Source: Piromyces finnis finn
Lineage: Eukaryota; Fungi; Neocallimastigomycota
Reading direction: 5' to 3'
Assembly (NCBI GenBank): GCA_002104945.1
Contig: MCFH01000052.1
Span: 124,001-188,000, forward strand
Length of the DNA stretch: 64,000 nt
Made by a program: the position numbers and the translations under genes. Positions within the stretch are counted from its first letter, which is position 1. Each line of letters opens with the position of its first letter. Positions 60,600 to 64,000 of this stretch are shown piece after piece. The notes beneath the pieces were generated by a model. That model had not been told where the DNA came from and ran no database searches. It saw nothing but the letters and a program-made list of their open reading frames with translations.

Positions 60600-63500
60600 T
60601 TTAACTTTTAATTATTTCTTTTATTGTTATTTCTAATTACTTTTCTTACTTTTATTGTAAATAGTTATTAATTTTATTATTTTAATGTAAATAGTTTTAA
60701 ATTTAAAAGAAAATATAAATACATGTAAATATTCTTATTTTAATCATTATTATTATTATTAATATAGAAATATTATATAGTTAATATTTTTATAATCAAT
60801 TTTATAATTAAATAAATAAAATTTTAAATATTTAAATATTAGAAAAACGAGTGCTTCTAATAAAACAATTTAGTGTTGTAATAAAACAATTTTTTTAATT
60901 TTTATAAAAACAATTTCAAATTCTAATCCATATAACTTATATAGTTATAATCAAAGATATAATATAATAATCACTTTTTGAAGTAAAATTCAAAATTAAG
61001 ATTATTATCAAATTATATCAATGGTCCTTCGAACTGGAGAATCAAAATAAGGTAAATATAAAATTTTCTTTATATAAAAATTTCATATAGAATAGTAAAA
61101 TATTCTATGAAATTAATTAAATAATCAAGTTATAATAGTATAGAATAGATAGTTAATAGAATAATTAGATATTCTCAATATTTTATCTATTTAGAAATTG
61201 TAACTTATTAAATAATAAAATAAAATTAAAATAATAAATCAATATTCAATATTTTAATATTATTAAAATAATATTAAAATAAAATAAATAAATTATAATA
61301 CTTAATAGTATAGTATTAATATAGTAAATTGATATATAAATATTATATATTAAATAAAATATATAAATATTTTAAATATGAAAAGAATTTTATAAATATA
61401 TCATAGATTAGATAAATAGTTAATAATATTATAAATCAGATAGTTGAAATAATTAATAATAATAATAAAATAGGTATATATACATTAGGTATATATACAT
61501 AAAAACAAATATATAATAAAAATAAATTAAATTAATAATAAATTAAGATTTAAGTATATATATAAAAAATATATATATACACCAAAAAAAATTATAAATA
61601 TAAAACTTTATAAATAAAAAAAAATACTTGTAAAAATATACTAGGAGTGTATAGAGCTCATATACAGAGTTTCAGTGTACAATTAACTAGTTTCAGTTGG
61701 TTAGAAACTATAGCTGTTAATTGTTGAAGTATTTGTAAAAGTAGGACGAGTGTGAATAGCACGCTTACTTGGGGGAAGGGATTGTTAGTGTGATAAAAAG
61801 CACGCAATACAGGACTCTCAAGTTGAATACTTTAAAAAACTCTGGCAAAAGGTTTGTCGTGAAGGTAAAGCGACATAAAAATATATAGTTTTAAATATAT
61901 TTTGAGGTCTAGTATATCACCTCTAGTTAGTAGCTTTTGCTGGTTAATTAAATTGTTGTAAGGCATTAAAAAGCAAAAAAAAATAAATCCTGTATATAAA
62001 GTTTTATATTTAATTATTTTTTTTAAGAAAAAGAAATATATAAATTGTAATTATAAAATAATAATTACAATTTATAAATAAAAATTCAATAAAAATTAAA
62101 AAATATAATCATCGGCCAAATAAAATAAAATTAAAAGTATTGTTATAAATTTTAAATAATAAAAAGCAATAATATTGAGTTGTCTTTTTAGTTAATTTTC
62201 AGCAAAAAATAACTTTTGTTTATCTTTTCAGTTAATTAGTTATTAAGATAATTAAAGTGTTTTATAGTAAGTTAGTAAGAGTGCAGTTTTATCGTTTTAT
62301 CACATATCGTGGGGAGTAGACCGCTAACTAATAAGTAAATATTACACCACTTAATATTTATGACGGTTAGTTAGTGGAGGTCGAAAGACACGGTGACGAA
62401 ACTGTCGGGTACTCTGAAGGTACTATAATAACATAATCAATATTATCTTCTGCTTTATAATAATAAAAAAATATATACTTTTCACTAAAACAAACAATTA
62501 TTCCTTATAAATAACAATACTAATATATAAAGTAATTTGACATAAATAAAATATACTCATAACGTTATATAATAAATAATAATAAAAATTTCTCAAGAAT
62601 AAAGTTCCCTAATAACAATAAAATTAAAATAACTGTCTACACATAACAACTATTTGCTTTCTATCATAATATATTATATATGAGTATATTTTAGTAATAA
62701 AAAAATTTATCTTTTATATAAAATATTTGTAAATGAAATTATTTTATTGTGGATAAATTATTATAAATAATACTAAATACCTGTAAATAAAATTATATAA
62801 GCATTATTGTAAATAATACAAAATACTTGTAAATAAAATTTTATTATTGTAAATGAAAATCATTGTAAATAAAAGTATATTATTGTACTTATTATAAATT
62901 AGGATTTTTAAATAAAATATTAAAATAAAATTAAATAAAATAATAAAAATAAAATATTGGAATAAAACAGATAAAATAATATAAAAATAAGAATTAATAA
63001 TGGATAATACTACTAAAGGTATTACTTATAAGAGAATACCTATTTTGGGTTCAACGAAGGTTGAATTTGATGATTGGGAATTTTCTTTTAAACATTGGTG
63101 TAATTTATATAAGGTACCAGAACAAGGAAAGTTAGAATACCTTATATCATTAACTACAGGTACAGCTAGAACAATTGTAGTCAATGCATTAAACAAAGAA
63201 ACACCAGATGATTATAATACCATCATCAAAAACCTTAAAAGTCATTTTAAAGGTTCCATACCAAAGAATTAAAGACTATTAGAATTATCTACTATTTCAA
63301 TAAAGAAAAATGAAAGTGTATCTGAACTCAATATTAAATTTGACTCTTTAATAAATAAAACAAATTTAAAAATGTCAAATGAAATTGTATTATCATACTA
63401 CATTAATGCTTTTAGAAATTTTACCAGAACTTATGAAGCACTATTAGAAGCTGAACCAAAAAGCTTAGAAGAAGCCAAAAATATCACTATTAAAAAAGAG

Positions 63501-64000
63501 AAAATTTATAATATAGTTGAAGAAAATAGACCCAAAATTAGGACTTCAATTAATTCCAAAAGGTCTTCAAATGATAATAATGCTCAAAGAAATAATGAGA
63601 GCATATTCAAATAATTTTAATAGTTACAACCGAATGTATAACAATAATACCACTCAAAATAGTTTTAAAAATTATAATAATAGAAATTATACTAGTAATT
63701 ACAGAAATAATAATTATAATAATAATATTCAAAATAACAACTACAATAATGATAATAATAATTATTCAAGATTTAATAATATTAACCAAAATTTTTAGGA
63801 AAGAAGAAGTACCTTAAAATATCCACAAAATAATGAGGATGAACTAAAAGAAATAACACGAAAGCTTGCTGACCTAAAAATTAATGTTTGTTTGAATTGT
63901 AAAAGAATAGGTCATACTACGAATGATTGTCCAGAATTAGATGATGAATATAATCATTTAAACTAAATAATGGGAGTAAGCAATCTCCCGTAAAAACTAA
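60600..64000 (+). mobile_element. 5' part of a Ty3/gypsy element: T-related LTR ending at 61020, PBS, 2-kb leader and interrupted gag; continues past the window
   Basis: The LTR end AATTAAGATTATT..TATCA is followed by PBS TGGTCCTTCGA (61022-61032). gag runs 63000-63966 with two stops and one frameshift and contains CLNCKRIGHTTNDC. A TTTAAAC slippery site and hairpin lie at the gag end. The LTR start is not defined. Confidence 0.8.

Noticed and set aside
62375-62410. Hammerhead ribozyme
   Set aside because: The conserved CUGANGA core is absent. Kept only as an unclassified structured element.

Overview
Very AT-rich, intron-dense eukaryotic DNA. The base composition, a presequence-bearing [FeFe]-hydrogenase maturase HydE and an ankyrin relic point to an anaerobic gut fungus (Neocallimastigomycota); this is an inference. 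The left ~28 kb holds six spliced host genes, all reconstructed by hand from GT..AG boundaries: a TKL/LISK-like kinase with a C1 domain, ELF1, CSM3/TIPIN, hydE, a PCL-type cyclin and KRR1. It also carries an ankyrin pseudogene, a LINE relic and an unassigned coding remnant. From ~29 kb to the end I find no host gene, only LTR retrotransposons. A decayed Ty1/copia element (33267-50422) hosts a stack of nested insertions. These include a 1.9-kb non-autonomous two-LTR element and an intact, very young Tf1-like Ty3/gypsy element (38835-44999). Further right are a decayed gypsy on the minus strand, several solo LTRs and the 5' part of another gypsy that runs off the edge. The strongest signals are in retroelement biology: a PBS matching the anticodon arm of tRNA-Lys(CUU) (half-tRNA priming), an 11-nt self-priming PBS, several insertions within ~25 bp of original sequence, a hairpin-dense 2-kb leader and a -1 frameshift signal. 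Mismatch counts and alignments were done by eye.
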